61,978 nt of DNA, from positions 1-61,978 of IMG/VR virus record IMGVR_UViG_3300033153_003306, one strand, 5' to 3'. Shown here piece after piece: positions 19,515 through 29,280 of this stretch (positions are counted from its first letter, which is position 1; each line of letters begins with the position of its first letter). The notes under the pieces were generated by a model, which saw only the letters and a program-made list of their open reading frames with translations, had not been told where the DNA came from and did no database searches. A program made the position numbers and the translations under genes. This DNA is from a virus. Its lineage: Duplodnaviria > Caudoviricetes.

Positions 19515-22004
19515 TTAATACCTTACGAAGTCAACTTCTACAGGTTTTATTACTTCTTTTATAGTTTCTTTATTTTCGCTTGGCGGTGTTATTATAGTAT
19601 TTTGGTTCAATGCCACAGCTTTTTCTTGTTTATTTTCCGCTATCTTTTTCTGAATAGGTTCTACTATTTTTTCAAACCATAATAACGAATCTTCTTTAGC
19701 ATTTGATGGGTTAAATGTTCCTTGTATGCTATCCGTAGTAGATTTAAAAGCTTCTTTTATAGCATCTACTAATTCATTCATATTATCACCCTTTTTACTA
19801 ACCATTATAGCATCACCTTCATCAATTGGCGTTACCTGACCAGCTTTACTAATATAACCATCATTTATTTTTGGATTTATTTGCATAGATTTTCCATCAT
19901 CAACTTCAACATCCCCACCTCCAAAACTAAATGAATCCATCATAGACTTCCAGCTATTTCTTACAGCGGTATCAAATTTAACAATAGAACCGACATCCAT
20001 ATCTAATTCTGGCTTACTTGCTTCTGCATCATATAAAGAACCATCGTCATTAGTTAATTCGAATTTACTTTTAACACCCTCTTTATTACGTACTTTGAAC
20101 TCGTTGAATACATCACCCTTGTCAGATGATGATATCATAGAGTATATTAAATTAGCAACATCAGGGTCATCATCTTTTAACACCATATAATAACCTAAAA
20201 AATCTCTGATATTATTGGCGGTTGGTGATGCAATCACCATATTTGCTTTTTTCATAGCAAATAAAGCAGTTCGTTGATTCTTCCATTTCATAGTAGTAAA
20301 ACCTTTATTAATCAAATCACGTTTTTCGTAACCTAAAGATTCTGCTTCATTTATTAAATGTTTATTTTCACTTTTTGCGAATTCATTAGTTTTATCAACA
20401 GTCATATATGCAGCCATAGCCACGGCAGCACCAGTACCCACAATTCCAATAGCTTCTATTACAGCAGTCGCTTGTGCACCGACCTTTGTGATTTCTTTAC
20501 CATATTGTATCGTTTTTATTGTTAGTTGTTTAATACTTTCCCATGTACCTTTCTTAACAACTTCCTGACCTATTTTTTGTGCACCCTTTTCTGCTAATTT
20601 TCTGGCGGCTCTTTCTGCTAATTTCTTCCTTACCCAATCGAGACCCATTTTAGCCATCCAACCTTCCGTCATACCAGGTGAATAACCGTCGCCTTTTTCA
20701 CCTTCTACACCTTCTGCACCTTCACCATCAATACCCATTCCACCACTACCACTAGCACCAGCAGAATGCATCCACATGTCTTTAGGGTCTATATTTTTTG
20801 CTGTTGCTTCGGATTTGAAATCTTTATCTTCATCTTTTTCTGAACTGTCGGTATTCTTAGCAATTTTAGCTAATATTTTAGTTTGTTTCTTTTCTTCTTT
20901 TAATGATGCTTTAGCTTGTTTCTTATCTTCTTTAGTTTGTTTCTTTTCTTCATCTTTTACAGTATCTTCATTAACACCACCAATACCCATTTTCTTTTCA
21001 GTAAATTGTCGTATTGATTTTAAATCGGATTTAGCCATGTAGCCATCTTTACCAACTGATTTCTTAACTTGACCACGAACATCTTTTTCAAAACCTGTAA
21101 GTTGTTCTTTTTCCTGTTCTTTTGTTAAATCGTCACTCATACTTTCTTGGAAGTTAGCAACCATTTGTGATATTAAATCTTCATGTCTATCTTCAAGTTT
21201 ACTACCACCAAACATTTGTTTAATCATCTTTCCATGCTTTGCACCTGCTCTACCAGCAACATTCTTAGCATCGAACATTCCTTTACCCTGGAATACTTTA
21301 TCTTTCTTTAAATCTTCTCTTTGGTTTCTTAAGTATTGGTCTAAAGCATTTTTAAGTTGACCTATATGTTCTTGCCCTGGTGTATATCCTTTAATACCAG
21401 TAGCTTTTTCAAGCTTTACATCATTTTTCTTAATTTCTTTTAAGACTTTTTCTATTTCTTTTACTGTACTATCAGTTTTAGTTGTTACAATTGGTACATC
21501 ACGAATATCTTTAATTAATTTTTCAAAACTATCAGTATCATCCTGAACTTTCTTTATGAATGCTTTTCCTAATTTCTTTTCTTCATCTGATAGTTTACTT
21601 TCTTTTCTATCGTGTTCTTGTTTTAATCTTTCTTCTTGTTTTAATCTAACATTTAATATTTTTTCATAATCAGCAATCTTTTTGAACAATTCTTTATTGA
21701 ATTTTTCAGATACTTGTTCTTTTGTTGTTTCTATTATATGGACTGCATCCGCAATAAATATGTCAAGTTCTCTTGTTGTTTTTCGTTTACTTCTTGGGGC
21801 TGTTGTAGACCAAAAGGCGTAAATTTCGCCTATAATACCGCCAACTGCTTTCTTAACAGCTTCTTCGGGGTCGCCTATCCATTTTCTTTCCCATGATTCA
21901 ACAACACTTATACTTGTAGCATTTTTTAGTATATCTCGTTTAGCTTCGGTTTGAAGCCTTTTTAATGTACTATCTATTGTTGTTTTTGCTGTTATTGTTG
22001 CCAT
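19515..22004 (-). CDS. Probable tape measure protein (gp29-like)
   Basis: 829-aa helical/coiled-coil protein with Ala/Gly hydrophobic stretch, between the gp26/51 chaperone and gp48. Confidence 0.6.
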   Translation of the reverse strand: MATITAKTTIDSTLKRLQTEAKRDILKNATSISVVESWERKWIGDPEEAVKKAVGGIIGEIYAFWSTTAPRSKRKTTRELDIFIADAVHIIETTKEQVSEKFNKELFKKIADYEKILNVRLKQEERLKQEHDRKESKLSDEEKKLGKAFIKKVQDDTDSFEKLIKDIRDVPIVTTKTDSTVKEIEKVLKEIKKNDVKLEKATGIKGYTPGQEHIGQLKNALDQYLRNQREDLKKDKVFQGKGMFDAKNVAGRAGAKHGKMIKQMFGGSKLEDRHEDLISQMVANFQESMSDDLTKEQEKEQLTGFEKDVRGQVKKSVGKDGYMAKSDLKSIRQFTEKKMGIGGVNEDTVKDEEKKQTKEDKKQAKASLKEEKKQTKILAKIAKNTDSSEKDEDKDFKSEATAKNIDPKDMWMHSAGASGSGGMGIDGEGAEGVEGEKGDGYSPGMTEGWMAKMGLDWVRKKLAERAARKLAEKGAQKIGQEVVKKGTWESIKQLTIKTIQYGKEITKVGAQATAVIEAIGIVGTGAAVAMAAYMTVDKTNEFAKSENKHLINEAESLGYEKRDLINKGFTTMKWKNQRTALFAMKKANMVIASPTANNIRDFLGYYMVLKDDDPDVANLIYSMISSSDKGDVFNEFKVRNKEGVKSKFELTNDDGSLYDAEASKPELDMDVGSIVKFDTAVRNSWKSMMDSFSFGGGDVEVDDGKSMQINPKINDGYISKAGQVTPIDEGDAIMVSKKGDNMNELVDAIKEAFKSTTDSIQGTFNPSNAKEDSLLWFEKIVEPIQKKIAENKQEKAVALNQNTIITPPSENKETIKEVIKPVEVDFVRY

Positions 22005-22010
22005 TTATTT

Positions 22011-22181
22011 TTACCTGTTTTCATTTCCGATTGTTTTTATTGTCATCCAATATTCAACGTCAAATTCATAAGGATACATGCCATCGATTTCATCGTGACT
22101 GTAACCAATTACTCGCTTCATTAGGAATCTTCTACTAATAAAATCCTCTAGCGATAAATCAGTTACACTTGTACGAAAAAA
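22011..22181 (-). CDS. gp51-like tail/baseplate chaperone C-terminal segment, probably reached by -1 frameshift (alternative ATG at 22121)
   Basis: Open -1 frame FFRTSVTDLSLEDFISRRFLMKRVIGYSHDEIDGMYPYEFDVEYWMTIKTIGNENR*; slippery T TTT TTC at 22175-22181. Confidence 0.65.
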   Translation of the reverse strand, partial: FFRTSVTDLSLEDFISRRFLMKRVIGYSHDEIDGMYPYEFDVEYWMTIKTIGNENR

Positions 22182-22909
22182 TGAGGTTCATCTACCACTA
22201 CTTTATAATCCTTTTTACAATTTGGACAAACTTTATCATCTTGTAACCAAAAGTTTATTTTCTTTGATGCTAAAAATTCTAACACCTTAGAATAATCATT
22301 TGGTGTTATGTTATTATCTACAAATTGTTTAATATCTTCTAAATCCACATCTTCATATGCTACATCATCAATAATTAACTTATCGATACTGTTTATTAGT
22401 ATGTTATGTGCGGCGCTGAAATATTCACCTTCTTTAGTATCTCTTATAATTTCAAGTTCTTTCATATAAGGTAATACGTTGAATGTAACAATTGTACCAT
22501 TTTCCAAATTGTAACTAAATTCTGTTTCAATTACTTCTGGTTCTGTTTTAATGTGGTCTATTACTGAAATAGTATAACCATCAATCCACCAACTACAATG
22601 TGGGCAAGAATGTGGTCTTGCTATTGTAGGGTCATAACTAATACTTCTTAAATATGATAAAGCGAATAGAAAATCTGCTTTACCTAAACTATCAACTGTT
22701 TCATAATCATCAGGATGCACACAAGCCTTAAATAATTTAAAGGTTTCGTAATTCCATACATTATCATCATTAACTGTTGATGTTGCATTTAAGAATGTTC
22801 TAATCTCTTTTGTCAAATACTTACGAATTTTAATCGTTTTCTTTGAAAATTTTAATTCTAAATTCTGATAACTTTGTTCATAGTTTAGAATTCCTTCTGG
22901 TAACTTCAT
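22163..22909 (-). CDS. Baseplate hub assembly/tail chaperone, gp26-like
   Basis: MKLP..., IRKYLTKE, LRSIS, two CxxC pairs, ends HFF. Confidence 0.75.
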   Translation of the reverse strand: MKLPEGILNYEQSYQNLELKFSKKTIKIRKYLTKEIRTFLNATSTVNDDNVWNYETFKLFKACVHPDDYETVDSLGKADFLFALSYLRSISYDPTIARPHSCPHCSWWIDGYTISVIDHIKTEPEVIETEFSYNLENGTIVTFNVLPYMKELEIIRDTKEGEYFSAAHNILINSIDKLIIDDVAYEDVDLEDIKQFVDNNITPNDYSKVLEFLASKKINFWLQDDKVCPNCKKDYKVVVDEPHFFVQV

Positions 22910-22924
22910 TTTTTAACTCCTTGT

Positions 22925-23341
22925 TTATATTGTTATTTCTTTTGGTGTTATATTTAAGGCTATTTTTGAAAATGAATTATTAGGTTTGCCCATAGCCCAA
23001 CCTTCATTACCAAATATAACATCCATGTTTTCTATTTTTATCTTGAAACTATATAATAGTTCTCCTTGGTGATTTGACATTTCCAATTCTATAGTTCCCT
23101 TATCTTTCATTGCTATGGCTTTTATTATTTTTTCAGCTAAATCATATGTATTCAAGAAAGTGAAATTTATATCTTGCCATACACCATCTTTAAAAAATGG
23201 TGGACTTGCTTCTTCACATAGAAACCTTGTATCAATATCCCAAGATTTTGGGAATTTCACATTGAATCTGTTTGTGAATATACCAACTTTAAATATCTCT
23301 TTAAAGTCCTGTAATGTTGTAAATTCGGTTGGTTCTATCAT
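22925..23341 (-). CDS. Small tail-tube-fold protein (gp19/gp54-like)
   Basis: NRFNVKFP...FLCEEASPP...W.DINFTF. Confidence 0.5.
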   Translation of the reverse strand: MIEPTEFTTLQDFKEIFKVGIFTNRFNVKFPKSWDIDTRFLCEEASPPFFKDGVWQDINFTFLNTYDLAEKIIKAIAMKDKGTIELEMSNHQGELLYSFKIKIENMDVIFGNEGWAMGKPNNSFSKIALNITPKEITI

Positions 23342-23628
23342 TTTTTAACTCCTATTTTTTTAAGTATCTGATTGACTTTACTGTCAATTGTTCCATATTC
23401 ATATGTGTATAAGTTTGATTCTTCCTCTTCATTTATTAGATGAAACATATATCTACCATCACCATCACGATAGTATTCGAAATAAGTATTCTCTTTAATG
23501 AAAGCAATTCTATCCTCATCTTTATGAGTAGTAGTAAAACCTTCATTCAAGAATGTTTTTTCGATTTGGTGTATCTTATCTTTATCCAAGATAACACACT
23601 CCATATATAGTTCCATTATGTTATCCAT
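23338..23628 (-). CDS. Hypothetical protein
   Basis: ORF track; coupled to neighbours. Confidence 0.5.
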   Translation of the reverse strand: MDNIMELYMECVILDKDKIHQIEKTFLNEGFTTTHKDEDRIAFIKENTYFEYYRDGDGRYMFHLINEEEESNLYTYEYGTIDSKVNQILKKIGVKK

Positions 23629-24170
23629 TAGTTCTTATAGTTAATTATAAATTCATCAAACAATCCCATTATTAAGTTATCATTCAACTTAACATAGATA
23701 CTGTATAATTCTTCGTTAACCACCCCTTTATTGTGTATAACAAATGATTGTGTACGATTTGCCTTAAATACTGCTAAAGGTTCTAATTCTGCACGTATGG
23801 CGTTGGGAACTGTTTGTTCGTGCCATATCTTGTAAAGCTTTTTAATCTTTCCTTTGAATATACTATTAATTCCAAGGTCTAAGTCCTTATGGTCTTTACA
23901 TTCTATACTGAATGGGAAGAACTCTTTTGCTATTCCTAATTCAATATCACCGTTAGCACTTGTGAATACACCACTAGAAGAATCTCTCTTTGGGTGTACA
24001 TTGTCATTATTTACTGCTTCCACTAACAACTTATACTTGGAATTAAATTCCATTAAGTGCTTGTGAATCTGTTTGGCAATTTTTGTTTCAAACTTCTTGC
24101 CTTTCTCTTTTGCATAACTACTCATCCTATTTCCTCTTTGTTTAATTCGTTTCTTTACATGTCTTCCCAA
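23628..24170 (-). CDS. Hjc-like PD-(D/E)xK nuclease / Holliday junction resolvase (start may be at MSSYAKEKG)
   Basis: KGKKFE.KIA, GDI, SIECK. Confidence 0.65.
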   Translation of the reverse strand: MGRHVKKRIKQRGNRMSSYAKEKGKKFETKIAKQIHKHLMEFNSKYKLLVEAVNNDNVHPKRDSSSGVFTSANGDIELGIAKEFFPFSIECKDHKDLDLGINSIFKGKIKKLYKIWHEQTVPNAIRAELEPLAVFKANRTQSFVIHNKGVVNEELYSIYVKLNDNLIMGLFDEFIINYKN

Positions 24171-24445
24171 ACACCATCATAACCATCGACATCAAGTATT
24201 TTAACTTTGAAATCTTCCTCGTTCATTCCTAAGTTTTCAGCAATATCAATTTTTATATCTGTTATCGCTTGTCTAACTTGTTGGTAATTTTCATCATTTA
24301 TTCTGTCTTCATCATCACCAACTGGTGTTTTTTGTCTATATGCTACTGCTAATTTGTAAATTGTTATTTCATCTTTAATTTCGTGAAATTCATTCAATTT
24401 TTCTTCTTTTAATGTTTCTTCGTACAACGTTTCTAATTTTTCCAT
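24155..24445 (-). CDS. Hypothetical protein with LYEETLKE leader
   Basis: ORF track; AAGGA RBS. Confidence 0.5.
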   Translation of the reverse strand: MEKLETLYEETLKEEKLNEFHEIKDEITIYKLAVAYRQKTPVGDDEDRINDENYQQVRQAITDIKIDIAENLGMNEEDFKVKILDVDGYDGVWEDM

Positions 24446-24471
24446 ACTTTATCCTTGTTATTTGTTATTTG

Positions 24472-25203
24472 TTAGTTCGTTTCTTTAACGTACATCTTCT
24501 CAAAGTTTACATTAACATCTTTCATTACAATGCTTCCTTTAGAACCACTAATATCAAAATCCCAATCATTAAACCCTATGAACTGACAACCATCTAATAT
24601 AATAGCTGCTTTCTTAGTTGAGAATGTATATATACCACCCTTATCAGCATCATATATCAATGGAAACACATAAACATTAAACTTTAATGTATCAGGGTAA
24701 ATCCCCAATCTGTGTTTATCGGGACTATGGTTTAAATATAGAATGTGGTTAATAAACCTTGAAATGTGCATGTTATTACTTTCTATTACTTTAAACTTTG
24801 CCATATTCTTAGTACCAGTATCTAACCCAGTAGAATAACTTTTTATCTTATTCATAATGTTTTGACTTGTAAATGTTTGTGATTGCCCAGGTATAGAAAT
24901 ATCCAAGGTGTTTATTGTGAATAATTTACCTAAGTAAGCACCCCAATCATTACCTTTATAATCCATAGTCACATCTTTTAGTATTGATGTGGGAAAAGTT
25001 CCTTTAATATCATCGTTAATTCTATTAAAATCATAATGCACATATACCAATTCAGAATTAAATCTGTAATTAGCGTGACTATTATCTAAGAAGTACTGAT
25101 TATTTCGCCATTCTGTAAGAGCACTTGGTTCTACATCAGGTCTTCTATCAGGATACCCCATATCAATGTTTAATTTTGCCTTAATTGTTTCAAAGTCTGC
25201 CAT
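24472..25203 (-). CDS. Tail-tube-fold structural protein (gp3/gp19/gp54-like)
   Basis: ISIPGQ, F.VIE, LDGC...F...DF....VNFE pattern; follows gp13. Confidence 0.45.
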   Translation of the reverse strand: MADFETIKAKLNIDMGYPDRRPDVEPSALTEWRNNQYFLDNSHANYRFNSELVYVHYDFNRINDDIKGTFPTSILKDVTMDYKGNDWGAYLGKLFTINTLDISIPGQSQTFTSQNIMNKIKSYSTGLDTGTKNMAKFKVIESNNMHISRFINHILYLNHSPDKHRLGIYPDTLKFNVYVFPLIYDADKGGIYTFSTKKAAIILDGCQFIGFNDWDFDISGSKGSIVMKDVNVNFEKMYVKETN

Positions 25204-25207
25204 AATA

Positions 25208-25933
25208 TTATCCTACGTAAAAATCTGCTGGTTCGTTGTATACTAAGTATAGTTCTTCTTCTGACTTCTCTTGCATTTCTTGTCCCATGCTTAATGCGAA
25301 ATCTGCATCAAGTGTCATACCACTTGGTAAAGGAGTAGAACCATAAAGTTTAAGGTTTGTTGCAACTCTAATCCAACACAATGCTAAAGCATATTTTTTA
25401 ATCCAAGGATGTGTCCATACACCATTATCTTCTTCATCAGGGTCAAACAAATAAGCATAACCGTGAATAATAACATTTGTATCAAATCTTGGAGGTGCAT
25501 CAAGTTTTACTGTATTATCAGTTTCAGAAAAATTGAAACTTCTTTCTTTCTGTAACATTTTTCTTGCTGATTGTATCCATGCTCTTGTCATGTAAATATC
25601 TAAAAGATTATAACCTGCTGTGTTTCTATAAGCACTATTGAAAATACTGTTATCAATAATGTGTCTTTCAACACTAAAAATATCAAGCGGGTTACTTGTT
25701 GCAATTATATCAACAACACTTCTAGTTCTAAAAGGCATATCATAATCTGTTTCATCGCCTTCTAATGCTAACAACATATAGAATTCTTGTGATGCCATAC
25801 TTGCATGTTGTTCAAAGAATTCAATGGATTGTATAATCAACTGTTCCATCTGTTTTCTTGTTATGTATATTTCCCTAATTTCCAAACCTAATTGGGTTTC
25901 AAGATAATCTATTAAATCTGATTGTAGACTCAT
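25208..25933 (-). CDS. Neck/head-tail adaptor, T4 gp13-like
   Basis: LIDYL..QLG...EI.IT..Q....I..SIEFF; WIKKYALAL...NL.LY....LPSG.TLD; ends P.DFYVG. Confidence 0.85.
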   Translation of the reverse strand: MSLQSDLIDYLETQLGLEIREIYITRKQMEQLIIQSIEFFEQHASMASQEFYMLLALEGDETDYDMPFRTRSVVDIIATSNPLDIFSVERHIIDNSIFNSAYRNTAGYNLLDIYMTRAWIQSARKMLQKERSFNFSETDNTVKLDAPPRFDTNVIIHGYAYLFDPDEEDNGVWTHPWIKKYALALCWIRVATNLKLYGSTPLPSGMTLDADFALSMGQEMQEKSEEELYLVYNEPADFYVG

Positions 25934-25993
25934 TTATTTAAATCTCCATTTATTCATTATATATTTATTTATATAATCGAGTATGTTATTTAT

Positions 25994-26548
25994 TCATGTA
26001 TTACTTTGTCTGAACCAATTTGCACGACTTTTCCAACCTTTTAGGAAAACTGAGTTCTTTGGTTTAGCAGTTACTAAATTTTCATAATACTTAATTCGTT
26101 CATCAACTAAGGTATTACTAAATATGTTATTGTTTATTTGTTGTAAATGTGTGAGTGTTTCATTACCAAATATACCATCAACAGCAATATCAACATCCCC
26201 ATCATTGTTATGTGTATTTATAGCTTTTTGTAATATTTTTATAGACCTTTTAACACCCATATTAACTGCCATATCAAAAACTTGATGTATTATAATATCA
26301 ATAATATCAGCATCTTCCAACCTATAACAACTTGCCTGTTGGTAGTAATCAGCATCATAAACTATACGAGCTATTTCTATTGCGTGAAATAATTTACTCT
26401 TATCGTAGAACCTTTTTACCAATTTAAAAGCATGTTCATCATGTTTGATGGTAATACCATATATAGTTTCACCACCACTATCATTAGGATGGTTACTATA
26501 ATTTCCTTCAAACGTCATTAATTGATTAAAAAAATTTTGTGGTAACAT
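25994..26548 (-). CDS. Endolysin, glycoside hydrolase family 108 + peptidoglycan-binding domain
   Basis: EGNYSNHPNDSGGETIYGIT; FDMAVNMG; VDGIFGNET; FLKGW..R. Confidence 0.9.
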   Translation of the reverse strand: MLPQNFFNQLMTFEGNYSNHPNDSGGETIYGITIKHDEHAFKLVKRFYDKSKLFHAIEIARIVYDADYYQQASCYRLEDADIIDIIIHQVFDMAVNMGVKRSIKILQKAINTHNNDGDVDIAVDGIFGNETLTHLQQINNNIFSNTLVDERIKYYENLVTAKPKNSVFLKGWKSRANWFRQSNT

Positions 26549-26591
26549 AATCTATCTCTCCAATTTATTATTATTTATAAAAAGGGGAAAT

Positions 26592-26619
26592 AAAAAAGGG
26601 GCTTTTTATAGCCCCTTGT
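26592..26619 (-). terminator. Intrinsic terminator
   Basis: AAGGGGCT-ATAAAA-AGCCCCTT followed by a T run on the minus strand. Confidence 0.75.
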
Positions 26620-26634
26620 AAATAATAAAAATCT

Positions 26635-27012
26635 TTACTTTTCTTTTAAGATTTTTTCTAAATCTTTTTTCTTCATACCGTGAGTATTAATTCCCAGTTC
26701 TGAAACTTTAGATTTCATTTCAAGATAAGTTAATTCATCTTTATCTTTTTTAACAGGTTTAGATTTTTTAGGTTTTACGTCAACCTTTTCAACCTTTTCA
26801 ACCTTTTCAACCTTTTCTTTTTTAACAACAGGTTCATCGGGTACTAATTCAAAATATTGTCCATATTCTCTGACAACCTTCCAAGGCATTTCTCTAACAC
26901 TACCAGGTGTCATTTTATATAGTCTACCAAAAGCATTTAAGAAAAATGGTCCTTGTTTACCCTTTTTACTCTGTTTCATTTTTACTTTTACAAGTTTGTT
27001 GTTTGCAGCCAT
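26635..27012 (-). CDS. Basic protein with C-terminal HeH/Rho-N-like helical motif and KVE microrepeat
   Basis: LTYLEMKSKVSELGI...GMKKKDL; 9-bp unit x4 at 26781-26817. Confidence 0.5.
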   Translation of the reverse strand: MAANNKLVKVKMKQSKKGKQGPFFLNAFGRLYKMTPGSVREMPWKVVREYGQYFELVPDEPVVKKEKVEKVEKVEKVDVKPKKSKPVKKDKDELTYLEMKSKVSELGINTHGMKKKDLEKILKEK

Positions 27013-27014
27013 GT

Positions 27015-27227
27015 TTAGCTCCTTTCTTTAGTTTTAACAGAATAGTATGCTTCAAAAGGCACTAAACTTTTCATAGGTTTACCACTTCTTGAATCGACAC
27101 ACACAATAATAAAATTTTCAGTATCCCATAATTCTATCTTCCCTCTTAACGTAACTCCGTTTTTTAGGAATACTTCAAGTACCTTTCCTTTATTTTCTTG
27201 GAAAAAAGTGTTTCGTGTAGCACTCAT
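27015..27227 (-). CDS. hfq: Hfq/Sm-like RNA-binding protein
   Basis: NTFF....GKVLEVFLKNGVTLRGKIELWD.ENFII matches the Sm1 motif of Hfq (IYLVNGIKLQGQIESFD); degenerate Sm2. Confidence 0.65.
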   Translation of the reverse strand: MSATRNTFFQENKGKVLEVFLKNGVTLRGKIELWDTENFIIVCVDSRSGKPMKSLVPFEAYYSVKTKERS

Positions 27228-27247
27228 TTTATTCTCCTTTATTTATA

Positions 27248-27577
27248 TTATTTGATTGTAGCACGAATATTCAATGTTTCTATTGATTTGTATAAATCGT
27301 GCTCTAGATTTTCTATTAAGGCACTATCTTCATAAAAAATAAAATGCCCATCAGTTGTTTCTTGTGCTATGTATGATGAGTCTTCTAGCCATTCACAAAA
27401 AGTATAATAATCGTCACCATCATCGGGTTTAACTATAACCACACTTGTCTTTTCAGTTTCGAATAACTTTTTATCAATTACACCATCATATAAATTTGTT
27501 TCATAATCTATTAACTCATTGTGTTCTTCACAATCAGCGATTGATTTTTCATAATTTTGGTTATAAGTATTGTGCAT
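27248..27577 (-). CDS. Hypothetical acidic protein
   Basis: ORF track; GGAG RBS. Confidence 0.5.
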   Translation of the reverse strand: MHNTYNQNYEKSIADCEEHNELIDYETNLYDGVIDKKLFETEKTSVVIVKPDDGDDYYTFCEWLEDSSYIAQETTDGHFIFYEDSALIENLEHDLYKSIETLNIRATIK

Positions 27578-27587
27578 CTTTCACTCC

Positions 27588-29027
27588 TTACATAGTGGAA
27601 ACGAACCAATCTTGTTCTTTATCCGCTACTTCTTTTGCTTTTTTATTTATATCTGCTTGGGTCTTCTCTTGGTTATTTATAACTTGAATATCCACATTTC
27701 CGAAGTTTATATCGTATAATCTTTGTTTATGCTTAGAAACCCCAATCATTGTTCTTGTCCCAGTTTCTACATGACTACGGGATTTAATAAGTTTCCATAA
27801 ATAAACAGAGTTTATATCGTTTGTAAGATATTGCTGTATATTGTTTTTAATTTCAATTTGTGAAATAAAAGTATCAAGGTTTTGTGGAATAGCATAACTA
27901 TCACCAACATCCTCATTTCCGATATCAGCATCAACACCTTTTGCTTTTACTTTGTGTTCTGTCTTTCTATTTGATTGAACAGCAGAAATAATAGGCAAAT
28001 TCATATCAATACCAATCTTCTGTCTTACTTCTCTACTAATTTCTTTCATAGTAACATATGTATTACTTCTATCTCTAACATTTAAAGCAGTCATAATACC
28101 GATATAATCTATAATAAGAATATCAGGAGTAAAACTTTTTACAGAGTAAAGTTCTCTTAACCACATTTTACAGTCAATTACACTTGCATCTGAAAACTGA
28201 TGAATTTCAATTTGTCCCATATTAGGATTTTTTTCATCAAACACTTCAAATTCTTTCATTACAATATTTTCGCCAGCTACTTGCATATCGTAAGTACCCA
28301 AATTTAGAAGATTTGCATCGATTCTTGCTAAATATTCTTCACACGATATTTCAAGTGTTGCTATGGCGACATTCAAGCCTTGTCTAGCAAAACAAGCGGC
28401 AAGAAATGCCATTGATAAGGTTTTACCCATATTTGTCGGTGCTAAGAAACAAGTTAATGTTTTTGTTTTAATACCCCCTGTCAAATCATCAAATGGTTTG
28501 AAACCTGACATAATAGTATTTTCCATTTTCAATGCTCTTACTCTTTTCAGTCTATCTTCATTAGCATTCCAAGTCATCGAATAGTCGTCTTCTTCAAACT
28601 TTATATTCAATGCTTCTTCTATAATACCTTGTGCTTGTCTATAAGAATCAGGCGATTGATTGCTTTTTTTAATCATTTCAAGACTTACATTTAGACCATT
28701 CCTGAAAGAATTCATTTTAGCCCATTTTTCAGTTTCTTGTATAAGTATCGGAGTTGCTATATTCATATTTTGAGCATTTAGCATATCAATATATTTTAGT
28801 AATTCATCTGCCCCTTCTCTTTTATTAAGTTTGTAATCACCGTGTATCATAAGCTTCAAGGTATCAAAACTAACTGGACTATCATCGTTAACGCACTTAT
28901 CTATATAATAAAATAAGCTTTGTGCTTCGTAATGCTCAAAATAGTCGGATTTTATTTTAGTTATGGTTTTTCCCATGAAGTCGGGATTACTGACAAGATT
29001 GTGTACTATATAATCTTCTTTATTCAT
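27588..29027 (-). CDS. Replicative helicase, T4 gp41/DnaB-like
   Basis: APTNMGKT, TLE, IIDYIGIM, SAVQSNR, KSR. Confidence 0.92.
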   Translation of the reverse strand: MNKEDYIVHNLVSNPDFMGKTITKIKSDYFEHYEAQSLFYYIDKCVNDDSPVSFDTLKLMIHGDYKLNKREGADELLKYIDMLNAQNMNIATPILIQETEKWAKMNSFRNGLNVSLEMIKKSNQSPDSYRQAQGIIEEALNIKFEEDDYSMTWNANEDRLKRVRALKMENTIMSGFKPFDDLTGGIKTKTLTCFLAPTNMGKTLSMAFLAACFARQGLNVAIATLEISCEEYLARIDANLLNLGTYDMQVAGENIVMKEFEVFDEKNPNMGQIEIHQFSDASVIDCKMWLRELYSVKSFTPDILIIDYIGIMTALNVRDRSNTYVTMKEISREVRQKIGIDMNLPIISAVQSNRKTEHKVKAKGVDADIGNEDVGDSYAIPQNLDTFISQIEIKNNIQQYLTNDINSVYLWKLIKSRSHVETGTRTMIGVSKHKQRLYDINFGNVDIQVINNQEKTQADINKKAKEVADKEQDWFVSTM

Positions 29028-29262
29028 CTATTTCCTCTTTTTTTAATCTTGTTTTTCTTGAATATTCATCTAAATTATACATTGATATACACCACAAAAC
29101 TAAATTCATAACAAAATAGTAATACATTCCACCTTTTAGCGAGTATCCCATCCACATAACACATGCTGATATATAGAATAATGGTGCGTAATAACTCTGT
29201 TTATTGTATAAGAATATACCAATAATAGTTGTAATGGAAGCTAAAAATTCCAAAACTTGCAT
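29020..29262 (-). CDS. Small 3-TM membrane protein (PnuC/SemiSWEET-like half transporter?)
   Basis: Three hydrophobic helices; LEFLAS...IIGIFL pattern. Confidence 0.4.
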   Translation of the reverse strand: MQVLEFLASITTIIGIFLYNKQSYYAPLFYISACVMWMGYSLKGGMYYYFVMNLVLWCISMYNLDEYSRKTRLKKEEIDE

Positions 29263-29280
29263 ATTTCCTCCGTGTGAATC

